A stretch of DNA of 64,000 nt from Bacteroidota bacterium (GTDB lineage Bacteria > Bacteroidota > Bacteroidia > Chitinophagales > Chitinophagaceae): NCBI GenBank assembly GCA_018268055.1, contig JAFDXF010000019.1:8580-72579 (forward strand), read 5' to 3'. A program made the translations under genes and the position numbers. How positions within the stretch are numbered: the stretch's first letter is position 1; each line of letters starts with the position of its first letter. Under the pieces are notes generated by a model. The model was not told where the DNA came from, did not search any database, and saw nothing but the letters and a program-made list of their open reading frames with translations. Positions 1 to 8,627 of this stretch are shown one piece after another.

Positions 1-115
1 TCCACCAAGGTAGAATACAAGAGATGACACCAACGGCAGCTAAGATTAAAGCAGAGAGTTTTTGTTTGTGTAAACCAGAGAATGGATTTTGTGTGTTTTG
101 TGAATTTTGTTCCAT
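1..115 (-). CDS. Hypothetical membrane protein, N-terminal part only (runs off window start): MEQNSQNTQNPFSGLHKQKLSALILAAVGVISCILPWW...
   Basis: Manual translation of the reverse strand from ATG at 115; open to the window edge; hydrophobic segment ending in LPW. Not in the ORF track. Confidence 0.75.
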   Translation of the reverse strand, partial: MEQNSQNTQNPFSGLHKQKLSALILAAVGVISCILPWW

Positions 116-134
116 AGCAAAATAGTTGATTTAG

Positions 135-195
135 GTTTTGCCTACTCGTATGGCTTTTCGGCATTCGCCCCTGTTTTGTGAGGGTCAGGTCTTCC
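135..195 (-). ncRNA. Structured leader RNA resembling Bacteroidota motifs of the Flavo-1 / DUF805 type (exact family not determined)
   Basis: Minus strand GACCUGACCCUCACAAAACAGGGGCGAAUGCCGAAAAGCCAUACGAGUAGGCAAAAC. Hairpins CCCU/AGGG and UGCC/GGCA. Ends ~20 nt before the ATG at 115. Family resemblance is from memory only. Confidence 0.5.
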
Positions 196-204
196 TTTGT
201 AAAA

Positions 205-238
205 CTAAATTAAGGCAGTTTGGCTGAATTACGCCAAA
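205..238 (-). promoter_or_regulatory. Putative sigma-A promoter for the leader and gene at 1-195
   Basis: TTTG (238-235), 22-nt spacer, TAATTTAG (212-205), a variant of the Bacteroidota -7 TAnnTTTG element. Confidence 0.4.
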
Positions 239-297
239 TAGTGTTGAGTTTTTTTTAAACGACTATTCCACAGAGATAGATAGGAGAGGAGTAAAAC

Positions 298-436
298 ACT
301 CGTAGCAGAAGCAGGAAATGTTTGTAAAAATCATTCGGACACCAAGAGTACTGGCTTTTTACCGATATTGGATTATCACAATTTTCCTGCCTTTGCGCTT
401 ACATAAAGAATTATGCCTGCGTGATTTGCTACGGGT
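298..436. ncRNA. Candidate structured ncRNA (three-way junction), unassigned family
   Basis: Nested inverted repeats: 301-307/427-433, 311-318/383-390, 322-332/371-381, 335-338/362-365, plus side hairpin 396-421. Confidence 0.45.
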
Positions 437-509
437 TTCTTAGTTATGATACTTAAAAGAACTACGTTGTTATATTGTCTTTTGCTGTCAGACAATTAAT
501 TTTCATGAC

Positions 510-917
510 TTAACGAATTTCAAACTGTCCGGTTGCAGTTTCTGTATCGCCATTAAAAACTCTATAGATATAAATACCTCTATTCAGGCTTGTTAACTTG
601 ATATGATCTTTTGATTTCATTTTGTAATTATTCACTAATGAGCCTTGTATGTCAAAAACAAAAAAATCAAGAACATCATTCCCGTCTTTGGCTACAACAT
701 GCATCTCTCGTTTGATAATATCAGGAAAGATTTTTACGGCAGCATTATTTAGTGTTCCGGTCTTGTTATTCTGTTTTGCCGGTTTTTTCTTTTCTTTTTT
801 TATCGGCTCTTCTTTGCCAATATTATCATTTGCAAAAGTGGGTTGTAGTAAAATGAAGCTACCGGCTATTAGCAATGCAGGTATGCTTAGTTTGTGGTTA
901 AAGTTTAATTGTTTCAT
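510..917 (-). CDS. Small T9SS type A sorting-domain protein (signal peptide, short Lys-rich linker, CTD only)
   Basis: Signal peptide ending ...QPTFA. CTD-like motifs VKIFP, FFVFDIQGSLV and LTSLNRGIYIYRV. No passenger domain. Confidence 0.7.
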   Translation of the reverse strand: MKQLNFNHKLSIPALLIAGSFILLQPTFANDNIGKEEPIKKEKKKPAKQNNKTGTLNNAAVKIFPDIIKREMHVVAKDGNDVLDFFVFDIQGSLVNNYKMKSKDHIKLTSLNRGIYIYRVFNGDTETATGQFEIR

Positions 918-941
918 GGGCTCGGTTGTTTTATGTTATGT

Positions 942-1898
942 TTAGTAATATGTGGGACATTTTAGTTGCTTCAAGCGAGGATCCTTTTTATTTAAACGCC
1001 ATCCAAAGCGTATGATACTGGTGAAATAAGCATCATTTTGTTTTGGATCACCACGCTCTGCAAATTCTTGATAGGGGCGAGTGGTAGGAAATGTATAAGT
1101 GCCACGATAATAGAGCCTTCTTGCCCTTACTGCATCGGCAGGTGATAAGTAATGATCAAAATAAATAGGGTCTATATAATAGTTATGACTTACATCATCC
1201 ACATAGTCTGTAAATAATTTACGATGTAATATTTCCAGGCCTACATACATATTTTCTTTTAAATAATATTTAAAACCAAAGCCCATTACTACATTCATTT
1301 GGGTCAACTTGTAAGGTTTGCTATCAGGATATTCAGCCATACCCTGTCCTTCTAATCTTAATGGAGCAAGCTCTACCCATTTCCCATCGATATCCTGCGC
1401 CTTTGGATTGAAGTGAAACATTCCGGCTCCTCCCACTAAATATGGTCTCATCTTTCCTTGTAAGCCTTCATATTTTTCAAAAAAAACAGTTGGATATAGC
1501 TCAATGGCAGCATACGCTTCATTGATATTTGATTTAAAACTAAGGTTTCGATATTTACGATCTTCTTCATCACCACCTTTTGCAGGTGCTTCTGAGTCTT
1601 TGCCTTCTACAAAGCCCATTGTAGCTGATACTCGAAAGCCAAGCCACTCGGTAGGATAGTAATTAAAATACGCAGACTTAGATAATTTTGTCAAGGGAAG
1701 ATTTAAGTCTTTAATAAATGTTTTTCCTACGCCAGCCGTGCCTCCGAGATCACCTAAAAAAAACATTGGACCTACGCCAGCACCCAATTCAAATTTTCCA
1801 TTAGGAGTACTGATGGATTGAGCATTTCCTGTTACACAAAGGATGTTCAGATAAGAAAATAATACGGACAGCCGTAAAAAATGGATACTTGTTCTCAT
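942..1898 (-). CDS. DUF6089-family outer-membrane beta-barrel protein (PorG-like paralog)
   Basis: Signal peptide; ELGAGVGPMFFLGDLGG, RNLSFKS, PLRLEGQG, TDYVDDVS and RGDPKQNDAY motifs typical of DUF6089. Confidence 0.75.
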   Translation of the reverse strand: MRTSIHFLRLSVLFSYLNILCVTGNAQSISTPNGKFELGAGVGPMFFLGDLGGTAGVGKTFIKDLNLPLTKLSKSAYFNYYPTEWLGFRVSATMGFVEGKDSEAPAKGGDEEDRKYRNLSFKSNINEAYAAIELYPTVFFEKYEGLQGKMRPYLVGGAGMFHFNPKAQDIDGKWVELAPLRLEGQGMAEYPDSKPYKLTQMNVVMGFGFKYYLKENMYVGLEILHRKLFTDYVDDVSHNYYIDPIYFDHYLSPADAVRARRLYYRGTYTFPTTRPYQEFAERGDPKQNDAYFTSIIRFGWRLNKKDPRLKQLKCPTYY

Positions 1899-2042
1899 TG
1901 GAATTGGATTTCAGTTTTTCGTTCTATTGGATTTGAATACAAAATAGAAACGGAATTTCCCTTATAAAGAATAAACGATTAAGTATTTTCTTTTTAACGA
2001 CTAAAAAAAGAAGAAGTGCTTAGTGATAATACGAGTGGAGTA

Positions 2043-2483
2043 TTAGGATTTTACCATTTCAATATGTTCAATGCCATCTTCTAAATAAATCTCACCTTGT
2101 GTTGTAAATCCTAGTTGTGTATAAAACTTGATAAGATAATATTGAGCACCAATACGTATAGATTGTTTACCTAATTTATTATATATGGACTCAATAGATT
2201 TCTGCATTAGGAGTTTTCCTATTCCTGCACGCCTTGTCTGAGGAGACGTTACTACTCTTCCTATACTTGCTTCTTTAAAGGCTATGCCGGGTGGTATTAT
2301 TCTGGAATATGCAATCAGCTTATTGTTACTAAAACACATTAAATGATAAGCTGCTTGATCTTTATTATCCATATCAGGATAAACACAGTTTTGTTCTATG
2401 GCAAATACTTCATTGCGTAATTGCAATATGGCGTATAGCTCGTCAACTGATAGTGCTTCAAATTTTTTTAATAACCAATTCAT
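2043..2483 (-). CDS. elaA: GNAT family N-acetyltransferase, ElaA-like
   Basis: LYAILQLRNEVFAIEQNC, IGRVVT, RRAGIGKLLM, IGAQYYL and YLEDGIEHIEM motifs. Confidence 0.85.
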   Translation of the reverse strand: MNWLLKKFEALSVDELYAILQLRNEVFAIEQNCVYPDMDNKDQAAYHLMCFSNNKLIAYSRIIPPGIAFKEASIGRVVTSPQTRRAGIGKLLMQKSIESIYNKLGKQSIRIGAQYYLIKFYTQLGFTTQGEIYLEDGIEHIEMVKS

Positions 2484-2511
2484 ATTAGAAATATAAAATT
2501 ATATTCGTTGA

Positions 2512-3864
2512 TTATCTACCGGCAGGCAATGATATTACTGCCAAACTTTCATTTCCATCCTCACCTACAGCTTGTACTCCGAAAAAGTAATTGTCTTTTG
2601 AAAAAGGTAAATCCATTTTAGTTTCAGTAGTAAATATTTTTTTCTGCCATATAGGAGAAGTGGTTTCACGGATTAGAACAAAGTATCCTTTTACATTTCC
2701 ATGTTTTGGCGATTTCCAAGACAGGTTTGAGAAGTTAGTTAATTTTCTTGTCTCCATTTTTACTTCCAATGGTTCGGATGGAGCTTTGGCAAGGTTTGCC
2801 AGATTGCAAAGATTTAAGCAAGTGTTTTTGCGTAGATATTCAAAATCCATATACTCCGGAAGGTCTCCGTATTGAATTCCATTTTCCAATCTTACATCCT
2901 GATGTTGATGTGTATAGTTCTCATTCATTTCTGTAATACGAACTGCTGTAAATCCTCGTTGCAGATAAGGGATATGGTCTCCTCCACGTAAAAAGCGGTC
3001 AGGGCGATACACCATTACCACTTCTAAATTGTCGACATACCTTTCGCCTATTTCTTTAATATACCTTGCCAATTGTCTTGACTTGCTGTCGTTTTCCAAA
3101 CCGAGGTTACGAATGTTTAATGCTGCTTTGCCTGTATCTAAAATAGAAAAAGCTTCACTGAATACACGTACTTGTGTGTTGTTTGTTATATTAGTTTCAT
3201 TACTATTATTACTGCCTATTATATCGTTATTGAACACTGCTTCAATATCCCAATGCTCTTTTTTTGCATTTGAAGCCATAAAATTTGCGCCTAACAATCC
3301 TTGTTCTTCTCCACTTACTGCAACGAAAATGATGGTAGCAGGAAAATTTCTTTTACTCATTATTCTGGCACATTCCAGTACATTAGCTACACCACTTGCA
3401 TCATCATTTGCACCTGGAGCATTGCCAACGCTATCCATCACATTGCTACGCATATTATCTAAATGGCCACTCACAATAAATATTCTTTTATCTTGAACGT
3501 CTGTGCCTTTCAAAGTGGCTACTACATTTCCAAGTATTATTTTTCTATCTACTCTTTTACCATCGGGTTGTAATGTTATTGTATCTATAATTGCTGATAA
3601 TCTTCCATCGGATGAAGCAGCAAATTGATTGAACTTACTCAATACCCAATTTCGGGCAGCACCAATACCTCTTATATTGCTTATTTGATTGCTTAATGTA
3701 TTACGTGTTCCAAAACTCACCATTTTATTAATATATGATTCTAAAGAATCTTTAGAAACTTCATTGGCCATTTTTTCTATGGCAGCATCACGTATTATTA
3801 TAGTTTGGCCAATTGACGATTTTGTGATAAAAGTAGCAGCTAAAACAAGTAATATATTTTTCAT
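2512..3864 (-). CDS. M28 family metallopeptidase, secreted, with small C-terminal FN3-like domain
   Basis: Signal peptide; GHLD, GANDDASG, SGEEQGLLG, NNDIIG and RGGDH zinc/catalytic motifs. Confidence 0.85.
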   Translation of the reverse strand: MKNILLVLAATFITKSSIGQTIIIRDAAIEKMANEVSKDSLESYINKMVSFGTRNTLSNQISNIRGIGAARNWVLSKFNQFAASSDGRLSAIIDTITLQPDGKRVDRKIILGNVVATLKGTDVQDKRIFIVSGHLDNMRSNVMDSVGNAPGANDDASGVANVLECARIMSKRNFPATIIFVAVSGEEQGLLGANFMASNAKKEHWDIEAVFNNDIIGSNNSNETNITNNTQVRVFSEAFSILDTGKAALNIRNLGLENDSKSRQLARYIKEIGERYVDNLEVVMVYRPDRFLRGGDHIPYLQRGFTAVRITEMNENYTHQHQDVRLENGIQYGDLPEYMDFEYLRKNTCLNLCNLANLAKAPSEPLEVKMETRKLTNFSNLSWKSPKHGNVKGYFVLIRETTSPIWQKKIFTTETKMDLPFSKDNYFFGVQAVGEDGNESLAVISLPAGR

Positions 3865-3989
3865 TGCTCAATTTTTAAATAATAAACATTATTGTAATTG
3901 TGTTTGTATTTTCAATAGTATGTTCATTTCTTTTCTGTAATCATTTAAAAGTAAGAAGGAAAAGTTATATTTTTAGCAAAATATGTTTT

Positions 3990-6137
3990 ATGCATACTAG
4001 AAATTTATTTTCAGTTCTAATTTTTTTATTTATGACTTCCCTTAAAAGTTCAGCACAAAATATAAATTGGCCAACCAACATCAAAGCACCTGAGGCTTTG
4101 AAAAAAACATACAACAGAACTATACATGGCGAAACTGTTGCTGATCCATATTATTGGATGATTGATTATTTTAAAAAAGGGCCGGACAGTACCAATGTAG
4201 TCAACTACTTAAAAGATGAAAATGATTATTTACATAAAATGATGCAAAGCACCGATGACTTTCAAAAAAATCTTTTTACCGAAATGAAAAGTCGTATTCA
4301 GGAAAAAGATGAATCAGTGCCCGTTTATAAAAATGGATATTATTATTATACCCGCACAGAAGATGGTAAACAATACTATAAATACTGTCGCAAAAAAGGA
4401 AATTTAACTGCACCTGAAGAAATTTTGCTGGATGTAGATGCCATGGCAGAAGGGCATGCTTATTATGCTATTGGCGGCATCAACATCAGCCCCAACAACA
4501 ACTTATTAGTATTTGGAGAAGATACTGTTTCTCGCCGTCAATATCTAATGAAGGTAAAAGACCTCACTACCGGTATTATAAAAGATCAAGGTGTACAAAA
4601 CACAAGTGCCAATTATGTTTGGGCAAATGATAACACTACTATTTTTTACACTGCCAAAAACCCTGAAACCCTTTTGTCAGAAAAAATAAGACGACATACG
4701 CTAAATGATTTTGCAAAAAATGATGTAACGGTTTATGAAGAAAAAGACAATACCAATTATATTGGTGTAAGTAAAACTACTGCTGAAAATTATATTTTGA
4801 TTACTTCCCAAGGCACACTTTCCAGTGAAGTAAGATATTTGCCGATTAACAATCCTATAGGTGATTTTACTATCTTTCAGCCCAGAATGAAAAATGTATT
4901 GTATAACGTAGATGCAGATGATAAAACATTTTACATTACCACCAATAAAGAAGCGCTCAATTTTAAAATTATGAAAGCTGCCTTTGATAAAACAGATGCA
5001 GATCATTGGCAAGAGTGGATCACGCATAGAAAAAATATATTGGTAGAAGGCATAACATTATTTAAAAACTATACTGTAATTAGCGAAACTGAAGCAGGAT
5101 TAGATAAAATCAGAATCATTAATAAAACCACCGGTAAAGATGATTATTTACCTTTTAAAGAAACTGTTTATGCTGCATCGCCTGCCGGAAATGCAGAATA
5201 CAATACGGATATATTAAGATACTCTTATGTATCAATGACCACTCCTTCTTCCATTTACGATATTAATTTACTAACTGATGAAACCACCATGAAAAAGCAA
5301 CAAAAAGTTTTAGGTGGATTTAACCCTAATGATTACCAAGCAGAACGATTGTTTGCAACTGCCAAAGACGGCACTAAAATTCCAATATCAATAGTATATA
5401 AAAAAGGATTTAAAAAAGATGGCAAACAACCCTTGCTATTATACGGATATGGATCTTATGGCAATTCAATGTCGCCTTCATTCAATAGCGCTAGGTTGAG
5501 TTTACTAAACAGAGGGTTCGCATTTGCAATAGCACATATAAGAGGCGGGCAAGAAATGGGGAGGCAGTGGTATGAAGATGGCAAACTGATGAAAAAGAAA
5601 AATACATTTACCGACTTTATTGATTGTGCCGAATATTTAGTGAAAGAAAAATATACATCTCCCAAACATTTATATGCCAATGGTGGCAGCGCCGGTGGGT
5701 TATTAATGGGAGCAGTAGCCAATATGGCTCCTAAATTATTTAATGGTATAGTAGCTGATGTTCCTTTTGTAGATGTGGTGAATACAATGCTTGACCCGAC
5801 AATACCGCTTACAACTAATGAGTATGACGAATGGGGCAATCCAGAAAATCAGGATGCTTATCAGTATTTAAAATCTTATTCACCTTACGAAAATGTAACG
5901 GCAAAGTCATACCCCAATATGCTGGTAACAACAGGATTACATGACAGTCAGGTACAATATTTTGAACCTGCAAAATGGGTTGCAAAACTAAGAGCTACAA
6001 AAAAAGGCAAGCAGGTTTTATTTTTGAAAACCAATATGAATTTTGGTCATGGTGGAGCATCAGGACGTTTTGATTATTTAAAAGATGTAGCATTGATGTA
6101 TGCATTCTTTTTAAAATTGGAAGGAATAAATAAATAA
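3990..6137 (+). CDS. ptrB: Oligopeptidase B (S9A family serine peptidase), exported
   Basis: DPYYWM, HIRGGQEMGRQWY, GGSAGG nucleophile, HDSQV and GHGG motifs. Start moved from 3900 to ATG 3990, where the signal peptide begins. Confidence 0.9.
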   Translation: MHTRNLFSVLIFLFMTSLKSSAQNINWPTNIKAPEALKKTYNRTIHGETVADPYYWMIDYFKKGPDSTNVVNYLKDENDYLHKMMQSTDDFQKNLFTEMKSRIQEKDESVPVYKNGYYYYTRTEDGKQYYKYCRKKGNLTAPEEILLDVDAMAEGHAYYAIGGINISPNNNLLVFGEDTVSRRQYLMKVKDLTTGIIKDQGVQNTSANYVWANDNTTIFYTAKNPETLLSEKIRRHTLNDFAKNDVTVYEEKDNTNYIGVSKTTAENYILITSQGTLSSEVRYLPINNPIGDFTIFQPRMKNVLYNVDADDKTFYITTNKEALNFKIMKAAFDKTDADHWQEWITHRKNILVEGITLFKNYTVISETEAGLDKIRIINKTTGKDDYLPFKETVYAASPAGNAEYNTDILRYSYVSMTTPSSIYDINLLTDETTMKKQQKVLGGFNPNDYQAERLFATAKDGTKIPISIVYKKGFKKDGKQPLLLYGYGSYGNSMSPSFNSARLSLLNRGFAFAIAHIRGGQEMGRQWYEDGKLMKKKNTFTDFIDCAEYLVKEKYTSPKHLYANGGSAGGLLMGAVANMAPKLFNGIVADVPFVDVVNTMLDPTIPLTTNEYDEWGNPENQDAYQYLKSYSPYENVTAKSYPNMLVTTGLHDSQVQYFEPAKWVAKLRATKKGKQVLFLKTNMNFGHGGASGRFDYLKDVALMYAFFLKLEGINK

Positions 6138-6236
6138 TGTTGTATGCTTCATGCTACATGCGAAAAAAAGAAAAAAGCAAACTAAGTTGGGTATAAAATA
6201 GTTAGTGGTTTTAAAAAAATATGAAATTATGAATAT

Positions 6237-6268
6237 AAAAAAAGCATCCTCAATAAAGGGATGCTTTT
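6237..6268. terminator. Bidirectional intrinsic terminator between ptrB and the alpha/beta hydrolase
   Basis: AAAAGCATCC ... GGATGCTTTT stem between convergent genes. Confidence 0.75.
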
Positions 6269-6287
6269 GCGAAAAAATATTTTTTAT

Positions 6288-7136
6288 TTAATGCACATTC
6301 GCATTAAGAAATGCTGCTATTTTATCAAATGAATCAGTCATATTAAGGCCAGACCATCCATGATTTTCTGTTGGATAAAAAACATATTGGTTCACTACGC
6401 CGAAAGAAGTTAGCTTGTTTTTAAGCATTACTGATTGGCTGGGTGATACTAAAACATCTGCTCCGCCATGCAGAATTATTGTAGGAGCACTTTGTGCAGT
6501 AATATAATTTAGCGGATTTGACGAAGCATAAAGAGCAGGCACTGTAGTAGGCGATCCGCCAATAACATTATAAAGCTGAAATGGAACTAAGGGGTTTGCA
6601 GGATTATTATACATATCTGCCAAATCGGTAGGGCCAAAGAAATCTACTACCGCTTTAAATCTTACGGTGGATGTGTATTTGTAAGCATCCAAACACGCTA
6701 AATGAGCGCCGGCGCTTGCACCTAATAGCACAAACTTATCACTGATTAAATATTCAGATCTTTTGCTATAAATATATTCAATAGCAGCTTTTACGTCTAA
6801 TTCTTGGGTAGGGAATAAATTAGGCGGGTTGGCCAATCTGTAATTTATATTGATGATAGCCCAATCGGGTAATCTTCTTTTTATGGTATCCACATATTGT
6901 GTCAAATCTGCTTTATCACCACCATTCCAACTGCCGCCGTGAACCATTATAATTAATTTAGTGGTTGCTGTGGTACGGCCTGAGGGTAAATAGATATCCA
7001 TTTTTTGAAGTGCATCAGTGCCATAAGATGCATCCAATTGTGTTTTTGCAGCTACCGGAGGAGGAGCAGGATCATTCTCTTTTTTGCAGGAAGAAAATAG
7101 GATTACGGTGAATAACAGAATGTGTAAAACTCTCAT
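6288..7136 (-). CDS. Alpha/beta hydrolase lipoprotein (esterase/lipase, HSL-like)
   Basis: Lipobox LFSSC; HGGSW oxyanion motif; GASAG nucleophile; HGGADVLV; terminal NHGW His. Confidence 0.85.
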   Translation of the reverse strand: MRVLHILLFTVILFSSCKKENDPAPPPVAAKTQLDASYGTDALQKMDIYLPSGRTTATTKLIIMVHGGSWNGGDKADLTQYVDTIKRRLPDWAIININYRLANPPNLFPTQELDVKAAIEYIYSKRSEYLISDKFVLLGASAGAHLACLDAYKYTSTVRFKAVVDFFGPTDLADMYNNPANPLVPFQLYNVIGGSPTTVPALYASSNPLNYITAQSAPTIILHGGADVLVSPSQSVMLKNKLTSFGVVNQYVFYPTENHGWSGLNMTDSFDKIAAFLNANVH

Positions 7137-7239
7137 ATAAAAATAATTGTGTGGTTGTTTTTTGTTGTCTTTAATAAAATTAGTGTGTTTGAAACAGAAT
7201 TCGTCTAAAAATTATTGTAAAAAAACAGTTTGAAAAACA

Positions 7240-7271
7240 TTTGGCTAAAAAGTTTTGCAAGACTATCTTTG
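7240..7271 (+). promoter_or_regulatory. Canonical Bacteroidota promoter of tRNA-Glu
   Basis: TTTG (7240-7243), 20-nt spacer, TATCTTTG (7264-7271). Confidence 0.8.
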
Positions 7272-7293
7272 CCGCCCGTTCAACAAGGGTAAC

Positions 7294-7365
7294 GGCCCGT
7301 TCGTCTAAGGGCTAGGACACCACCCTTTCACGGTGGTGATACGGGTTCGAATCCCGTACGGGCTA
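7294..7365 (+). tRNA. tRNA-Glu (anticodon TTC)
   Basis: Acceptor GGCCCGT/ACGGGCT; anticodon stem CCACC/GGTGG with loop CTTTCAC; T-loop GGTTCGAATCC. CCA not encoded. Confidence 0.97.
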
Positions 7366-7372
7366 CAGGAGT

Positions 7373-7404
7373 AACAGGCTTTGAATATTTTCAAGGCCTG
7401 TTTT
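7373..7404 (+). terminator. Intrinsic terminator after tRNA-Glu
   Basis: AACAGGCTTTGAA-TATT-TTCAAGGCCTGTT followed by T run. Confidence 0.75.
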
Positions 7405-7477
7405 ATTTACTAAACCATTCATAAAATTTATCCGCTTCTCGGAATACCAAGTAGATTTTTCCTGTCTTGCTTTTCAT

Positions 7478-7485
7478 TAACTTTG
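7478..7485 (+). promoter_or_regulatory. -7 promoter element for gap
   Basis: TAACTTTG ending 38 nt before the ATG. Confidence 0.6.
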
Positions 7486-7523
7486 CACATCAAATTATTA
7501 TTATCAATTAAAAAATCCTTTAG

Positions 7524-8537
7524 ATGAGTACAGTTAAAGTTGCCATCAATGGCTTTGGTCGTATCGGCCGCTTAGTATATCGCCAGATATATAAAATGGA
7601 AGGTATTGATGTAGTGGCAGTCAATGACCTTACCAGTCCAAATGTTATTGCACATTTATTAAAATATGATAGTGCTCAAGGCAGGTTTGATGCAACAGTG
7701 AAAGCAACTGAAAATTCTATTTTGGTAAATGGAGATGAGGTATGTGTGTATGCTCATAAGAACCCTGCCGAGATTCCTTGGAAAAATCATGATGTAGATG
7801 TAGTGTTAGAGTGTACCGGTTTTTTTACCGATAAAGACAAAGCTGCAGCCCATATTACTGCCGGCGCTAAGAGAGTAGTAATATCTGCTCCGGCTACCGG
7901 CGATTTAAAAACAGTAGTATTTAATGTGAATCATAGCATTCTGGATGGCAGTGAAACAATTATTTCCTGCGCATCTTGTACTACCAACTGTTTAGCGCCA
8001 ATGGCTAAAGTGTTGAATGATCAGTATGGTATAGCTACCGGATTGATGACCACCATCCACGCATACACGAATGATCAAAATACCTTGGATGCACCACATC
8101 CAAAAGGTGATTTACGTCGTGCGAGAGCAGCAGCAGCTAATATTGTCCCCAATAGCACCGGTGCTGCCAAGGCGATTGGTTTAGTACTGCCTGAATTGAA
8201 AGGGAAATTGGATGGCGTGGCTCAACGTGTACCTACTATTACCGGCTCACTTACTGAGCTGACTTGTATTTTGAATAAAAAAGTAACTGTTGAAGAAATA
8301 AATGCTGCAATGAAAGCTGCCAGCAATGAAAGCTTTGGTTACAATGAAGATGAAATTGTAAGCACAGATATTATCGGTATGCATTTTGGCTCTTTGTTTG
8401 ATGCTACGCAGACTAAGGTAATGACTGTTGGCGATGCTCAATTAGTAAAAGCAGTAAGCTGGTATGATAATGAAATGAGTTATGTGAGTCAATTAGTTCG
8501 CACAGTTCATTATTTTGCAAAGCTGATTAGCAAATAA
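7524..8537 (+). CDS. gap: Type I glyceraldehyde-3-phosphate dehydrogenase
   Basis: [17 protein letters not shown] catalytic Cys, WYDNE motifs. Confidence 0.98.
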   Translation: MSTVKVAINGFGRIGRLVYRQIYKMEGIDVVAVNDLTSPNVIAHLLKYDSAQGRFDATVKATENSILVNGDEVCVYAHKNPAEIPWKNHDVDVVLECTGFFTDKDKAAAHITAGAKRVVISAPATGDLKTVVFNVNHSILDGSETIISCASCTTNCLAPMAKVLNDQYGIATGLMTTIHAYTNDQNTLDAPHPKGDLRRARAAAANIVPNSTGAAKAIGLVLPELKGKLDGVAQRVPTITGSLTELTCILNKKVTVEEINAAMKAASNESFGYNEDEIVSTDIIGMHFGSLFDATQTKVMTVGDAQLVKAVSWYDNEMSYVSQLVRTVHYFAKLISK

Positions 8538-8555
8538 GATATTTTTTTAACCTTG

Positions 8556-8597
8556 ATGCCCCGAAACAATGAGCCTTTCAATGTGCGGGGCATTTTT
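8556..8597 (+). terminator. Intrinsic terminator after gap; pgk has its own TAACTTTG at 8604-8611
   Basis: ATGCCCCG ... CGGGGCAT followed by TTTT. Confidence 0.65.
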
Positions 8598-8627
8598 GTT
8601 TTGTAACTTTGAAAAAAAATAGTCTAT

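Noticed and set aside
282-291. AGGAGAGGAG as a Shine-Dalgarno site
   Set aside because: About 26 nt from the nearest ATG, and Bacteroidota rarely use SD pairing.
298-436. Interpreting the structured region as 6S RNA, SRP RNA or a hammerhead ribozyme
   Set aside because: No symmetric central bubble or zapA/rny context for 6S, no GGAA-loop SRP motif, and no CUGAUGA/GAAA hammerhead core.
3983-4000. Five-codon uORF MFYAY* overlapping the ptrB start
   Set aside because: Expected by chance in AT-rich sequence; no supporting structure.
7294-7404. tRNA-Glu as an integration site
   Set aside because: No integrase, no duplicated tRNA 3' end in the window, and housekeeping gap follows directly.
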